DNA from: Chlorokybus atmophyticus
Lineage: Eukaryota > Plantae > Mesostigma and Chlorokybus algae
Reading direction: 5' to 3'
Assembly (NCBI GenBank): GCA_009103225.1
Contig: RHPI01000733.1
Location: 1 to 39,179 of the forward strand
DNA: 39,179 bases
The notes under the pieces are model-generated. The model was not told the origin of the DNA, ran no database searches, and saw only the letters and a list, made by a program, of their open reading frames with translations. Every line of letters begins with the position of its first letter. The first letter of the stretch is position 1. A program made the position numbers and the translations under genes. Below are positions 37,612-39,179 of the stretch, piece by piece.

Positions 37612-38986
37612 GTGGGGACGGTGTTCTCTTATGCTTCTGCATTTGGCATCGGCGCCAATGACGTGGTAAGTTGAGCTCACTGTGCACAATTCTGCCCTCG
37701 CTGCATGCTGTCAACTGCCTTCCTGGAATGCGGCATGCAGAGATGCGTGTTGTGTACCCAGATGCATGCGCACAAACGCACACGCACATGTATACATACT
37801 GTCTCTCACCCTCACAGGCGAACGCCTTCGCGTCATAAGTGGGTTCCAAGGCCCTGACTATGCCGCAAAGTGTTGTCATTGCGTGAGTGTGCAGACTCAC
37901 GGGTGCAATCCTACTCGGATCCTCAGTCACAGACACAATCAGGGGACATACTGTATCTGTTTACTGACCTATCCTACTTATCTACTCACTCAGTCACTCA
38001 TGCATGCAGGTCAAAGATTGCCAAGCCCTCTGCCTTTGCTTCCACCCCCCAACTCCTCATGTACGGCATGTTGTGTGTCCTCATCGCTGCTGCCTTTGGG
38101 ACAACCTCGCTTGCCACTTGGGCTTCCCTGTGTCCACCACCCACACTACAGTTGGTGGTGAACAGGGTGTTGTGGGTATGACCCTCTCTATACGCGGGAA
38201 GAGCGCCGTCGTGTGGTCCGAATCATCCACCACAATCCCTTATTTTGCTGGCATGAGCGCCATATATGCCTCGTGGGGCACATCACCAGTATTATCTGGT
38301 GCCTTCGTGGTCATTTTGTTCAATCTTCTTCGCACCTTTGTGCTGACATCAAACAACTCATTCAAGAGGGCTTATTGGGTGCTTCCTGTCCTGGTCGGAC
38401 TCACCTTATTTATAGTGACCTTCTTCATCTTCCAGACTGGCAACAAGAACAAGACCTGGAACACGCCAGTATTTAATGGCACTGCGCTTTGGCAAAGCGG
38501 TGTGGACTTTCTGTTATTGTGGCTGCGGGCACCGCAGCCATTACGCTGGTGGTGATTATGCCATAACTCGCACGCAGCCTCATACGCGAAGACACGAAAG
38601 AGAAGCAGTGTGTGTGTGTGTGTGTGTTCCCCCACTGTCATCATCCCATTGCAGGTACCTTAGAGACCTCGCTGATCGACGCATGGAGGAAGCAGAACAG
38701 GCTGCAGTCAAGGCTAACACCAACACCAACACCAACACCAACACCAACACCAACACCGACCTCACAGAATCCAACACCCACATCCACACCAACAACAACA
38801 CAAAGTCCAACCCCAAGTCCATGGCCGAGATGTCTCGTACTGTCGCTGGTCAGTCTCAGCTCGACGTGGACATCGCCAACTACGGCGGCGGTTTCCACTT
38901 CCCGCTCGAGAAGCGCGTTGGGAAGGTGCTCACAAGTCTGTCGGAGAGCTGCGTGTGCAACAACCGCGTCGCACGAACAGTTCAGG
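37612..38986 (+). pseudogene. PiT/PHO4-family phosphate transporter pseudogene (PTB-like, partial)
   Basis: AFGIGANDV|ANAFAS*VGSKALT, TGAILLGSSVTDTIR, PVSTTHTTVG, SWGTSPVLSG. In-frame TAA at 37836-38 and TGA at 37884-86; frameshifts near 38128 and 38510; a long hydrophilic loop exon follows from about 38657. Confidence 0.88.
38715..38757 (+). repeat. (CCAACA)n hexamer repeat encoding poly-NT in the transporter loop
   Basis: About 7 copies of AACACC. Confidence 0.9.
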
Positions 38987-39179
38987 GTGAGTGGGCCTTG
39001 ATGTGTGTGTGTGTAATGCGCGGTCATGCACAGTCAATCTATGGCTTTCTGGTCAACCAGTGAAGACAGGTTGCTGTTCTGGCACAATGACATGTGCACG
39101 TGTGCGTACACATGCACACACCCACGTGTGATGTGTGCATGTGTGCGCGCGCGCACCCACCCACATGCACTCACATGCC

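Overview
Eukaryotic genomic DNA with GT-AG introns, long microsatellites and N gaps. Gene content points to a green-lineage alga (inference). From left to right: (1) a hairpin-rich region at 0.1-1.9 kb; (2) three intron-containing paralogous genes for small helical proteins of unknown function at 2.5-8.3 kb; (3) an 11.4-kb decayed Ty3/Gypsy retrotransposon at 9555-20915, encoding Gag (two CCHC knuckles), an unknown region, aspartic protease, a DNMT3-like cytosine methyltransferase, RT, RNase H, DDE integrase and a PHD finger; (4) a decayed, intronless phage/bacterial-type C5 methyltransferase starting 75 bp after the element, within a block of decayed intronless ORFs; (5) a restriction-like endonuclease fragment of a non-LTR element; (6) a head-to-head inverted pair of secreted LRR / proline-rich / PAN-Apple genes, one of them a pseudogene; (7) a PiT/PHO4 phosphate transporter pseudogene. 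The most unusual observation is the terminal structure of the Gypsy element. It is A-internal-B-A-B (split direct repeats as in PAT/Ngaro tyrosine-recombinase elements), yet it carries a DDE integrase and no recognisable tyrosine recombinase. It has TG...CA outer ends, a palindromic internal B|A junction (GACA-GC-TGTC), a Tf1-like self-priming site after A1 and a PPT before B1. This is the layout expected if a 2-LTR circle were opened inside the LTR. That mechanism is inference from one decayed copy.
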